Assembly: GCA_020724865.1 (NCBI GenBank)
Contig: DYGA01000006.1
Coordinates: forward strand, 1-52,318
Source of the DNA: Candidatus Paceibacter sp.
GTDB lineage: Bacteria > Patescibacteriota > Patescibacteriia > S139-126
Length of the DNA stretch: 52,318 bases
Direction: 5' to 3'
Positions 39,496 to 48,761 of the stretch are shown one piece after another. Within the stretch, counting starts at the first letter, position 1. Every line of letters starts with the position of its first letter. The notes under the pieces were generated by a model. The model did no database searches, was not told the origin of the DNA, and saw only the letters and a program-made list of their open reading frames with translations. A program made the translations under genes and the position numbers.

Positions 39496-40788
39496 TTAAT
39501 TCTTAACTTCAGACCAATATTCAAGAGCAGTTTTAAGTTCTGGTCTATTTTTTGCATAAATTTGAAGATCAACTCCCAAAGATGCTGCTTCAACTGCATC
39601 GCGAGCAGCAACTGCTCCGGCAAAAGAACCGTCGGGATGACCATGAATACCACCACCGAAATTTATAATTAAATTTCTGCCTAAGATTTTGATCAATTCA
39701 GCAGCCAAACCCGGATGAAGTCCGCCAGAAGCAATCGGCATTACTGGTTTAAGTTTTGACCAATTTTCTCTTAAATAATCAATTTCCCCAGCGTCCTCTC
39801 GTAAAAAATCATTCAATGTATCTACTTCATGGGCCGTACCTTCCATTTTACCAACTACAGTTCCAGTATGTAATTGGTCAATACCTGCCAAACGTGCTAG
39901 TTTGGCTAAAATTAACATACTCATTCCTTGAGTGGAGTCTTTAGTAAACATACTATGACCGGCTCTATGACCATGTAAAATCAAACCTAAATTTTGTTTA
40001 CGTAACGCTTGTACTGCCGACCAACCCATGGCCACAATATCTACCATTACCACTCTACCGCCTTTTCTTTTAACATAACGAGCCCTTTCTAAAGCAATAT
40101 CATAAGGAGCCGTAATATTGAAAACAAAAACCTTTTTTTCCCCAGTTTCTTTTTCAACTTTCTTTCTGGTGGCGATTAACTTATCAACTCGTTCATAAAA
40201 ATTATTAAATAACATTGAAGTTAAATTTTCATCATCTTTAATAACGTCAACTCCCCCGCGCCAAGTTTCATATGCTACCGCTGCTGTTTCATCTACGCTT
40301 AAACCAACTTTAGGTTTGATAATGCTTCCCACTAAAGCCCGATTTTTTATATTCATAATTTTTCTAATACCAGCAATACCATGATAAGGGCCTAAACAGG
40401 AGTTAATATATTTCTTAGGGAAAGCAATATCCTCCAAACGCAAACGTTCAACTATCTTCATACTAAAAATATTACCACCTAAAAACGATAATAACTGTGG
40501 CAGATTTCCGATTTCAGATAAAGCTAAGGGATAAGCGATTTTAATAAATTTACGTTTTTTATCAACTTCATAAACATGTGGTTTTAATTTTTCTTTCGTA
40601 GATTCAGATAAAGTTTCTAAATGGGTCCAAGTGCCAATTGATGATTCTCCGGCTATGGCTTCAGCCACAGTTTCAAAACTATGACCTGCAGCAGGCTCAA
40701 CATGATAAATTACTAAAAATTCTTTATCTAAATTTGGTACATATTTAGGATTGATAAATCCGACATAAGAAGTTTTAAATTTTTTCAT
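39496..40788 (-). CDS. rbcL: RuBisCO large subunit, form III-type
   Basis: GESSIGTWT, GNIF, KPKVG, GGVDVIKDDEN, HRAGH, DQLHTGTVVGKM, SGG, GGG: full catalytic residue set; no small subunit nearby. Confidence 0.95.
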   Translation of the reverse strand: MKKFKTSYVGFINPKYVPNLDKEFLVIYHVEPAAGHSFETVAEAIAGESSIGTWTHLETLSESTKEKLKPHVYEVDKKRKFIKIAYPLALSEIGNLPQLLSFLGGNIFSMKIVERLRLEDIAFPKKYINSCLGPYHGIAGIRKIMNIKNRALVGSIIKPKVGLSVDETAAVAYETWRGGVDVIKDDENLTSMLFNNFYERVDKLIATRKKVEKETGEKKVFVFNITAPYDIALERARYVKRKGGRVVMVDIVAMGWSAVQALRKQNLGLILHGHRAGHSMFTKDSTQGMSMLILAKLARLAGIDQLHTGTVVGKMEGTAHEVDTLNDFLREDAGEIDYLRENWSKLKPVMPIASGGLHPGLAAELIKILGRNLIINFGGGIHGHPDGSFAGAVAARDAVEAASLGVDLQIYAKNRPELKTALEYWSEVKN

Positions 40789-41402
40789 ATGATTTTTATT
40801 AATTGTTTTAAATTATTAATTTTATAATCAACACTGGTAGGGTTAATATCAGTATTATCACGATCGCACCAGCAGGTTATAAAACCCAACGATTTTGCTG
40901 CTCTAATATTAATTATATTATCATCTATAAATAAAGTTTGCGATGATATTAATTTATATTTTTTAGTTAAAATTTTAAAAATTTTTTTATCTGGTTTGCG
41001 CGTCCCCGTCTGCCAAGAATAAAGTTGTCCAGAAAAATATTTATTAAAATTAAATTTTTTGTTTAAAAAATCTGACCATTCCCGAGGAATATTAGATAAA
41101 ATAAATAATTTTTTATTTTGCTTTTGTAAATATTTGATAACATCATAAAAATTTTTATCTAATTTGTGCCGACTTAAAAATTTTTTTTCTAAATCAAAAT
41201 TTTGTGCACCAATTTGTGGCCAAAAATCTTCTCGACTAATTTTATTAACCGCATAAAAATGGTATATTTTGCGGCTATAGCGATGGGTTTTGTGTTGCGG
41301 AAATATCGGAAAAAGCAAATCTTTTATATTATGACCAGAAGTAATTATAACTCCATAAATGTCAAAAACAATAAAATTTATTTTATAATTGCCTACAACC
41401 AT
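40785..41402 (-). CDS. HAD-superfamily phosphatase
   Basis: FDIYGV (motif I), LSN (II), RKPD (III), FIDDN (IV). Confidence 0.88.
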   Translation of the reverse strand: MVVGNYKINFIVFDIYGVIITSGHNIKDLLFPIFPQHKTHRYSRKIYHFYAVNKISREDFWPQIGAQNFDLEKKFLSRHKLDKNFYDVIKYLQKQNKKLFILSNIPREWSDFLNKKFNFNKYFSGQLYSWQTGTRKPDKKIFKILTKKYKLISSQTLFIDDNIINIRAAKSLGFITCWCDRDNTDINPTSVDYKINNLKQLIKII

Positions 41403-42307
41403 GGATATCTTTTTCTTACTTGGGCATTTACTTGTTGAGGTTTGATTATTCCAGTTTCACAAATAATCCCGGTAATAAACTTTGCTGGCACCCGATCAAA
41501 AGCAAAATTTAAAATTTCAACTCCTAAAGGTTTATTTGGCCAAACTTCTTCAGCAGAACGAATTTCTATTTTTATATTATTTTTTTTGTCATATTTCAAA
41601 AGACTAGTAGCTACAAAAAAAGGTATTTTGTTAAGATAACAACTGGCAGCTATATCATAAGTTCCAATTTTATTGATAATGCTTCCATCCGGTTTTATTG
41701 CATCAGCTCCAACTATAACTACATCGATCATTAAATCTTTACCTGAATAAGGTGAAATTAAAAATCCACTGGCACTGTCAGTAATTTGAGTTACTTTTAT
41801 CCCTGATTTGATTAAATTTTTAACTGTTAATCTACCCTGAAAAAGTGGTCTGGTTTCATCAGCAAAAATTCTAATATTTTTTTTCCGTTTATAAACAGCT
41901 TGGATAATTTTAACAACTGTAGACGAATGACAATGGGTTAAAATATTATTATATTTTTTTATAGCTTTGACACCATTGGTGATAATTTTTTTCTCATTTT
42001 GTAAAATATAATTTTGGTATTCCAATAAAGCGTTCTTAATATTGGGGATAAAATTATCTTTATTTTTTAAATTATCTTTATTTTTTAAAAAAAAATATAA
42101 ATTTTGGGCATAAGGCTCGGTTGGCCTGATATTTACCAATTCTTTTGTTAGCTTAAAAAAATTTTTTCTCAGCTGCTGAATATTTTTTGGTGATGCTTTT
42201 TTCAAAAAAAATTGCAGCAAAGAGATAATTGCTAAAACAATATTCGTCGCTCCTTGTATTTTTAAATTTTTTATATCCAATTTAACTTTTTTTATTTTAT
42301 TTTTCAT
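41393..42307 (-). CDS. Ribose-1,5-bisphosphate isomerase (eIF-2B family)
   Basis: IQGAT, RPTEP, THCHSS (catalytic Cys), ETRP, VGADAI, NKIGT, AFD; adjacent to RuBisCO. Confidence 0.9.
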   Translation of the reverse strand: MKNKIKKVKLDIKNLKIQGATNIVLAIISLLQFFLKKASPKNIQQLRKNFFKLTKELVNIRPTEPYAQNLYFFLKNKDNLKNKDNFIPNIKNALLEYQNYILQNEKKIITNGVKAIKKYNNILTHCHSSTVVKIIQAVYKRKKNIRIFADETRPLFQGRLTVKNLIKSGIKVTQITDSASGFLISPYSGKDLMIDVVIVGADAIKPDGSIINKIGTYDIAASCYLNKIPFFVATSLLKYDKKNNIKIEIRSAEEVWPNKPLGVEILNFAFDRVPAKFITGIICETGIIKPQQVNAQVRKRYPWL

Positions 42308-42309
42308 GA

Positions 42310-44100
42310 CTAAAATTTAATTTTTTGACCAGGTTGTAATAAATTTTTGCTTTTGATTGTGGCTTCTGCTGAATCAGAAATGAAGGGTGGCTTTTGGGGT
42401 TTATTGGATTTATCAATAATTTGTATTTTTCCCAAAGCTTCGCTTAAAGAAATCTCAGCAGGTGTATCTTTTATTACATCCTCAATTATTATCTCTTTTT
42501 TTGGTTTAGTTGAATTTTCATCTTTATTTAATTTATTTTCAACAGACTTCTGGCTATTAATTTGCAAATTGTTAACTTTTGGCACAGCAATTAATTTCTG
42601 TTTATATAGTTTTAAACAATCTGGGCAAAAAACTGGTCTAATCCCATCTGGCTTAAATTTCAAATTAATTTCTTTTTGACAGTTAGAACAAACAGCCGGG
42701 TAAGTTGATTTTTCTGATTTATCTATTTTTTCTTTCGGCTTATTTTCATTTTGATTCTTTTTTTCAACTTTTTCTTTTGCCACAACATCTGTTGACTCAG
42801 ATTCATCCTCAAATCCAGCCCACCTTGCTATTTTATCTTCAATTATTTCTCTTTTAGTAGCATAACGTTCACGGGTAACTTTAATTATTTTTTCGGCATT
42901 AAATTGATCTTTGGGAAATGGAGGTAAAGTAGTTGCTGAAAAAGGATTCGAAGCCACGCCGTCAATCATTAATTTTAAATAAATATCGTACTTAGCTAAA
43001 TTTACTAAATCTGTCTCATCAAAAGTAGGTGTAAATTCTTTGGCTAAAAATTCAGCATCATCCGCACCAACTCGAAATGTAACCAAAGTACCAACATTAC
43101 CAAATACAGCATCTCTCACTCGAGTGGAATCAGACGTAACTAATTGAGCTATATATTGATGGGCAATTATTAGATTTAATCTATACTTTCTAGCTTCTGA
43201 CAAAATATCAGCAAAGGAATTAGTCACAAAATTTTGAAATTCATCTACATATAGATAAAAGTCTTCACGTTGATTTTCTGGTATATCAACCCTGGCCATC
43301 GCCGCCATTTGTATTTTTGTAATCATCATAGCACCAAGTAAGGCTGAGGCATCTTCACCGATTCTACCCTTAGAAAGATTCAATAATAATATTTTTTTAT
43401 TATCCATTATTTCCCGCAAATCAATTGTAGATTTCACCTGACCAACTATATTACGAATCAAAGATAATGATAAAAATTGTCCAACTTTATTTTGGATAGG
43501 CGAAATTGCTTCAACCTGAAATTGTTGATTGTACTTAGGATATTCTTGGGTCCAAAAACTTTTTACTACCGGATCTTTTATTTTTGATACTACCTTTTTT
43601 CTATATTCTTTATCAACCAAAATTCTAGTCACCCCCAATAGCGTAGCTCCCGGATAATCAAGTAAAGCTAAAATGGCATTACGTAATAAATATTCTAATC
43701 TTGGTCCCCACGAGTCTGCCCACAACTTCTTAAAAATACCTATTAAACCAGAAGCTACCAAATTTTTTTTATGAGGTTCATCAATAGATTCTAAAATGTT
43801 AAAAGCTAAAGGATAATCTACGTCGGCAGGATTAAAATAAACCACATCATTTATCCGACTGGTAGGTACCGCATTAAGTAAATCCTCAACCAATTCTCCA
43901 TGCGGATCAACCACAGCTAAACCATTGCCATTGTGTATATCTTGAATGGCCATATTTTTAATCATTTCTGATTTTCCCATACCAGTTTTTCCAATTATAT
44001 ACATATGACGACGTCGATCATCGCGTTTTATACCAAATTCTCTAGTTTGGTTACGAAAATTGGTTTTAGCAAAATAAGTTACTTCGGGATTAAATTTCAT
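42310..44100 (-). CDS. VirB4/VirD4/HerA-like ATPase with C-terminal CxxC-x17-CxxC zinc ribbon
   Basis: DRRRHMYIIGKTGMGKS, VDPHGE, YVDEFQNF, LSEARKYRL; CSNC...RPVFCPDC. Confidence 0.88.
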   Translation of the reverse strand: MKFNPEVTYFAKTNFRNQTREFGIKRDDRRRHMYIIGKTGMGKSEMIKNMAIQDIHNGNGLAVVDPHGELVEDLLNAVPTSRINDVVYFNPADVDYPLAFNILESIDEPHKKNLVASGLIGIFKKLWADSWGPRLEYLLRNAILALLDYPGATLLGVTRILVDKEYRKKVVSKIKDPVVKSFWTQEYPKYNQQFQVEAISPIQNKVGQFLSLSLIRNIVGQVKSTIDLREIMDNKKILLLNLSKGRIGEDASALLGAMMITKIQMAAMARVDIPENQREDFYLYVDEFQNFVTNSFADILSEARKYRLNLIIAHQYIAQLVTSDSTRVRDAVFGNVGTLVTFRVGADDAEFLAKEFTPTFDETDLVNLAKYDIYLKLMIDGVASNPFSATTLPPFPKDQFNAEKIIKVTRERYATKREIIEDKIARWAGFEDESESTDVVAKEKVEKKNQNENKPKEKIDKSEKSTYPAVCSNCQKEINLKFKPDGIRPVFCPDCLKLYKQKLIAVPKVNNLQINSQKSVENKLNKDENSTKPKKEIIIEDVIKDTPAEISLSEALGKIQIIDKSNKPQKPPFISDSAEATIKSKNLLQPGQKIKF

Positions 44101-44111
44101 AATTCATAATA

Positions 44112-45641
44112 TTAAAAAGGTAAATTCGCCGGTGGTTGACCTTTTAAATTGTGATCAATTACACTATTTTTTTCAATCTCTAACTGTTTATCAGACAATT
44201 TTTTATTTTCTAAATCATCAATAATCACTTCAAATTCGGGTTCAGATTTAATTTTATTTTTAATAATTTCAGATTTATCGTTCTTTTTCTTTTTATCTTC
44301 TGGAATAATAACTGTAATATTATTATCATCGTCTAATACATTATCAATGGGCAAAGTGGCTGGCGGCTCAGAACGTTTACTGATAACTTTCTTAACCAAT
44401 GGAGCCTTTACTGATACATTGGGAAAATGGTAAACCGTTGCTAATTCTTCGATATTTAATATAAAAGGATTAGAACCAAATTTTGCATCGCCAATTCTAT
44501 TTTTATAAGCATACATAATCTTTGTTTGTTTTTTGGCTATTCTTTTATCAACTCGCCAATAATCAGCTGAAGTAGTGGTGGTTTTTACCTTGGTAAAAAA
44601 GTTCATATTTAGTGTATTAAATTGATTGATACCACCCATAATTGGTGCTACTCCGCGATTTTTATCAAAAATTTCTCTTCTTGATAAATAAATAAATCGA
44701 AATTTGGTTAAAAACCCAATTTTAGACATTTTTTCTTCAATTGCCTGCAAAATATCTTTTTGCCCGCTGGTTAAATATAACATTTTATTGGGCGCTTCTT
44801 CCTTTTTACCCTGCACATCAGCTGACCCTTCAGCATTTACGACTAAGGTATCACCTAAAAATTTCATAAAAGACAAAAATGGAGACGTTAAATAATAACC
44901 CAGATCTTTTTTTACTGGCTGTTTTTCACCAATAATTTTTTTAATTTCTTTTTCACATTCTAATTTCCAACTGTCACCAGTCGGAGTAATAATCCACTGT
45001 AAACAAACAAATTCTCCTCGTCGTAAATGAGACATAGCTTCAAGTAAGGAAGATAATGGGTCTTTTATTTCTTGTGATAAGGTATGTTCAAATTTAGGAT
45101 AGGTTCTGATGGGATAAGGATTTTTATTGCCAAGTTTTAAATCTGTTCCCCATAAATTATAGGTATCATTGGGAAATTCATTGGGAAAATTTTCAGTATA
45201 ATCTGGTATTTCCATTATTTCGGCATCAGGATATTGGGCAAAAAAGGCTGCCTCAACAACATCACGAAACTTTTCGGGTGTATAAATAATATATTGAATA
45301 TACCCCTCCAAACTAACTAGTTCTAAACTAAAAGATAATTGATGAACACCTAACCAATATTTTTCATATAAATTGGGGTTGCTTAAAGTCCCAGCCAAAG
45401 TAGCAAATACTTGCTCGACTGCCTTAGGTGATTGTTCATTGTTTTTAGGAATATCAACCGCTAACAAAATAAATTTTGTATTTTTCAAAAATTTGTTTTG
45501 CCGAGCTGGTAACCAAAACCAAAATATAAAAATTTTAAAAATAAACAACAAAAAAAATAGGGCCAATATACTTAGCACTACTACACCGACAATAGAAAAT
45601 AACTTTGGATTTAAATTTAAAAATGATAGGTCAATAACCAT
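44112..45641 (-). CDS. Membrane-anchored partner of the ATPase (homologous to N-terminal half of 3966..6392)
   Basis: N-terminal TM; SLELVS, AQYPDAEI, PIRTY, DPL, ILNIEELATVYHFP. Confidence 0.8.
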   Translation of the reverse strand: MVIDLSFLNLNPKLFSIVGVVVLSILALFFLLFIFKIFIFWFWLPARQNKFLKNTKFILLAVDIPKNNEQSPKAVEQVFATLAGTLSNPNLYEKYWLGVHQLSFSLELVSLEGYIQYIIYTPEKFRDVVEAAFFAQYPDAEIMEIPDYTENFPNEFPNDTYNLWGTDLKLGNKNPYPIRTYPKFEHTLSQEIKDPLSSLLEAMSHLRRGEFVCLQWIITPTGDSWKLECEKEIKKIIGEKQPVKKDLGYYLTSPFLSFMKFLGDTLVVNAEGSADVQGKKEEAPNKMLYLTSGQKDILQAIEEKMSKIGFLTKFRFIYLSRREIFDKNRGVAPIMGGINQFNTLNMNFFTKVKTTTTSADYWRVDKRIAKKQTKIMYAYKNRIGDAKFGSNPFILNIEELATVYHFPNVSVKAPLVKKVISKRSEPPATLPIDNVLDDDNNITVIIPEDKKKKNDKSEIIKNKIKSEPEFEVIIDDLENKKLSDKQLEIEKNSVIDHNLKGQPPANLPF

Positions 45642-45644
45642 AAT

Positions 45645-46766
45645 TTATTGATCGGATGCTAATTTATAGGTACCATCTGGATTTTTAATAAACCTTTTTT
45701 TATTCATTAACGACAAAACAATAGTACTTTCTTTTACTAACCTTTTTTTTAGAACTTCTTTAATTATTTCCGTTTTATTTAAAGGACGATCAGAATTCTT
45801 TATTATTTCAACTATTACATCAGCTACAACTCCTGGTTTATAACCCCATTCTTTCAAAGCATAAATACCACGGCCAATTAAAACATAACGTTCGTGATCT
45901 AATATTAACTCATTGTGAATAGTGGCCGGATGAGCTTTTTTCCCATCAAAACCAGTTTCGTTTATTTTTTGAGCGATATCGCGAAAATGCATCGGTTTGC
46001 CGTTATGTTTTAAAATCAAATAAATCTTATCATTCATACGGCGTGGAGTAATCAAATTCCAACTTCTCAATCCCCAATCATTAAAGGGGTTCATTTTAAG
46101 TTTTTTTGATAATTTAATAAAAGATAAAAAAATATCTTTATTTAAATTCTTTACCCATGGCAACTCATTAACTTCTTTTTTAAATCTCAACCAAAGCTCA
46201 TCATCTGCAAATAATCTGTTTTCTTTTTTTACAATATCCTCTGTAGTTGTGATGACATTTTCCAAGATCTCAAAATTAAAATCTGGCAACTGCCAGCCCG
46301 TTTTAATATTTTTTGAATCTTTTATTTGCAAAAAATTATCTTTAATTAATTCCAAAAAAAATAAAATAAAATTGACTTCAATTTTTTCATTGACAGATTC
46401 CTTAAGTTTCTTTACTAGCTCATTATATTCAATTACCCCGCCACTATCCTTTATCAATTGTTCCACAACTAATAATGACTGATTTAAATCCCTATTTTCT
46501 TTAAAAATTTTTTTGAGCATCTTAATAGTAGCCACTTCAATTTGTCTGACTCTTTCTCTGGTGATATTATATTTTTTACCAATATCCTCTAAAGTGTATT
46601 TTTCCTGTTTTTCGTCAAGTCCGTGACGCAGATAAATTACATTTTTTTCTCTGTCCGGCAAATCAGCAAGTAATTTTTCTACTATTAATTTAGGATTGAA
46701 AAGTTCTTTTTCTTCCTTAATTTGTGTAGCAATAACTTTTTCTAAAATTGATTCGTTTTCTGACAT
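45645..46766 (-). CDS. Sigma70 region-4 HTH / HARE-HTH (delta-like) DNA-binding protein
   Basis: TLEDIGKKYNITRERVRQIE (sigma4 HTH) at the N-terminus; PMHFRDIA, TIHNELI, GRGIYALKEW winged helix at the C-terminus. Confidence 0.8.
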   Translation of the reverse strand: MSENESILEKVIATQIKEEKELFNPKLIVEKLLADLPDREKNVIYLRHGLDEKQEKYTLEDIGKKYNITRERVRQIEVATIKMLKKIFKENRDLNQSLLVVEQLIKDSGGVIEYNELVKKLKESVNEKIEVNFILFFLELIKDNFLQIKDSKNIKTGWQLPDFNFEILENVITTTEDIVKKENRLFADDELWLRFKKEVNELPWVKNLNKDIFLSFIKLSKKLKMNPFNDWGLRSWNLITPRRMNDKIYLILKHNGKPMHFRDIAQKINETGFDGKKAHPATIHNELILDHERYVLIGRGIYALKEWGYKPGVVADVIVEIIKNSDRPLNKTEIIKEVLKKRLVKESTIVLSLMNKKRFIKNPDGTYKLASDQ

Positions 46767-46789
46767 AAATAAATAATTATCTTAATATA

Positions 46790-46818
46790 AGTATACCAAA
46801 TTTTTGCTTTTATGTCAA
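46790..46818 (-). promoter_or_regulatory. sigma70 promoter heading the sigma4-HTH/ATPase/RuBisCO gene run
   Basis: Minus strand TTGACA-N17-TATACT with TG extension. Confidence 0.75.
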
Positions 46819-46834
46819 ATCTATGTGTTTTAAA

Positions 46835-46860
46835 AAACAAGACAATTTTATGTCTTGTTT
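46835..46860 (-). terminator. Putative terminator after bcp
   Basis: aaacaagaca-atttta-tgtcttgttt. Confidence 0.6.
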
Positions 46861-46889
46861 GTTTATAATAAATAATAAAACGGCCAAAG

Positions 46890-47360
46890 CTAATTTTTAA
46901 AATTTTTAATATCATTAATTATCTCCAGCGGATGTTGCTTTATATCAAATTTACTATATATTTTGACAATTTTACCTAAGGGATCTATTAAAAAAGTATT
47001 TCTTAAAATAGTTTTTATTTTTTTACCAAAAAAAATTTTTTCCCTATAAACATGATACTTTTTTATTACTTGTCTATTTTCATCAACCAATAAAGTAAAA
47101 GGTAAATTAAATTTATTAATAAATTTATTATGAGATTCTTTACTATCAGCACTTACCCCAAAAATCTTTATTTTTTCTTTTTGGAAACTTAGATAATTAT
47201 CCCTAAAAGCACAAGCTTCTAGAGTGCAACCGGGGGTGTTGTCTTTTGGATAAAAATACAAAACAACCCAATGGCCGCGATAATCACTCAATTTATGCTT
47301 TTTACCCAGATGATCAACCAAAATAAAATCAGGAGCAAATTTTCCTAAAAGTTTATTCAT
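46890..47360 (-). CDS. bcp: Peroxiredoxin (BCP type)
   Basis: YFYPKDNTPGCTLEAC; start chosen at MNKLLG (47360), ATGA overlap with the upstream gene. Confidence 0.92.
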   Translation of the reverse strand: MNKLLGKFAPDFILVDHLGKKHKLSDYRGHWVVLYFYPKDNTPGCTLEACAFRDNYLSFQKEKIKIFGVSADSKESHNKFINKFNLPFTLLVDENRQVIKKYHVYREKIFFGKKIKTILRNTFLIDPLGKIVKIYSKFDIKQHPLEIINDIKNFKN

Positions 47361-47779
47361 TTCAAACTTATTAATATGGCGCCAACAGCCATCATTAAAC
47401 TGCCTACTACACTTTTCCAACTAAAACCTTCGCTTAAAAAAATTCCTGCTAAAAGTACGACAAAAACTATACTTAATCTATCAATAGCTGCAACTTTGGT
47501 AGCTACTCCTGATTTTAAAGCATAAAAATAAAACAACCACGATAATGCCCCAGCAACTCCCGCTAATACTATCAACCACCAGTCACGACTTTGAATTGAC
47601 GACCAAGTAAAACCACGCCATTTACCAAAGGCTAAACTAACAAACACTAAAAATAAAGCCATAATCACAGAACGAATAGTGGTCGCCAAAGTAGAATCAA
47701 TATTTTTAAGTCCTAATTTGCCAAAAATGGCTACCAAAGCAGCAGTAAAAGCGGCTAAAAATGCATATAATTGCCACAT
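47357..47779 (-). CDS. EamA/DMT family transporter
   Basis: 140-aa hydrophobic protein, FGKLGL..IDSTLATTIR, SWLFYFYAL, IDRLS. Confidence 0.88.
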   Translation of the reverse strand: MWQLYAFLAAFTAALVAIFGKLGLKNIDSTLATTIRSVIMALFLVFVSLAFGKWRGFTWSSIQSRDWWLIVLAGVAGALSWLFYFYALKSGVATKVAAIDRLSIVFVVLLAGIFLSEGFSWKSVVGSLMMAVGAILISLK

Positions 47780-47782
47780 ATA

Positions 47783-48760
47783 TTAATGATTTATTCTTTT
47801 TTTAAATTCTTCTACCATAGGCACTTTTTCTGCCTCATGATTAAAATGTTTAGCTAAATAATAAGCCGTCCAATCGGCTAAAATCAAGCTGGAAAAAACT
47901 TTTACTAAAATATTATTCCCTGTCAAAAATATATTCTTTACGGGAAGTCGCTTTTCATGATAAAGCTGATATAAAACTTCCATTCTTTTACGATTTTTAG
48001 GGTGATCCAAATCATCCAATAAAAAAAGTATGTAAAAACGGTCTGCCAAATAGCGACTGTTATCCGACAAATCAAAACCAGTCATTTCATTGTGGTTAAG
48101 TTCAGGAATCAGATTGTAAAATGCAGGAATTTTACCAGTCTCATTAAATTTAATTTTCCAATTATAAGCAAGGCTATAATTTCTTGTACTAGCTATAATC
48201 AGAGGTACAAAACCTGCTATTTCATCAGCTAAATCTTTGCCCTGCAAATTTAAATTGGTCATTTGTAAAGTAAGTTCTTCAGCAGTTTTAATAGCTTGTT
48301 TACTAATAGCGTCTTTTTTCATCACCGATAAAAGTGCCATAAAACTATAACCTAAAGCATTTCTCGGTTGTATGCCGGTATTAGGTATTTTTATAAATGG
48401 AATCTTATCTTTTTTAGCCAATTCCAATAAAATACCTCCGACTGTAACAACTATTCGGGGCAAATCTTTACTCTTGGCAACACGATAGCCGTCAATAGTT
48501 TCCTCGGTATTACCAGAATATGAACTAAAAATAAATAAACATTTATCTAATTGATCTGATGGTATGTGCGGCAAACCATAATCAGAGTGAATCACTAAAT
48601 CAACTTCAGGGTCAATATTTTTTATAATATCAGCGGCCAAATGTGAACCACCCATACCACAGACTATATATTTTTTATATTTATTTAAATCTGTTTTGAT
48701 CGACAATTCTGGCTTAAATAAAAATTGACTAGGAAAATCTTTTATCACTTGGTCCATCAT
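47783..48760 (-). CDS. Bifunctional phosphoglucose/phosphomannose isomerase (SIS domain)
   Basis: GMGGS, SYSGNTEET, QPR, FNETGK, PELNHNE. Confidence 0.9.
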   Translation of the reverse strand: MMDQVIKDFPSQFLFKPELSIKTDLNKYKKYIVCGMGGSHLAADIIKNIDPEVDLVIHSDYGLPHIPSDQLDKCLFIFSSYSGNTEETIDGYRVAKSKDLPRIVVTVGGILLELAKKDKIPFIKIPNTGIQPRNALGYSFMALLSVMKKDAISKQAIKTAEELTLQMTNLNLQGKDLADEIAGFVPLIIASTRNYSLAYNWKIKFNETGKIPAFYNLIPELNHNEMTGFDLSDNSRYLADRFYILFLLDDLDHPKNRKRMEVLYQLYHEKRLPVKNIFLTGNNILVKVFSSLILADWTAYYLAKHFNHEAEKVPMVEEFKKRINH

Positions 48761-48761
48761 A

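Noticed and set aside
39496-40788. Calvin-cycle autotrophy or a form IV RuBisCO-like protein
   Set aside because: There is no PRK or rbcS in the window and the neighbours are AMP-pathway genes; the catalytic residues are complete, unlike RLPs.
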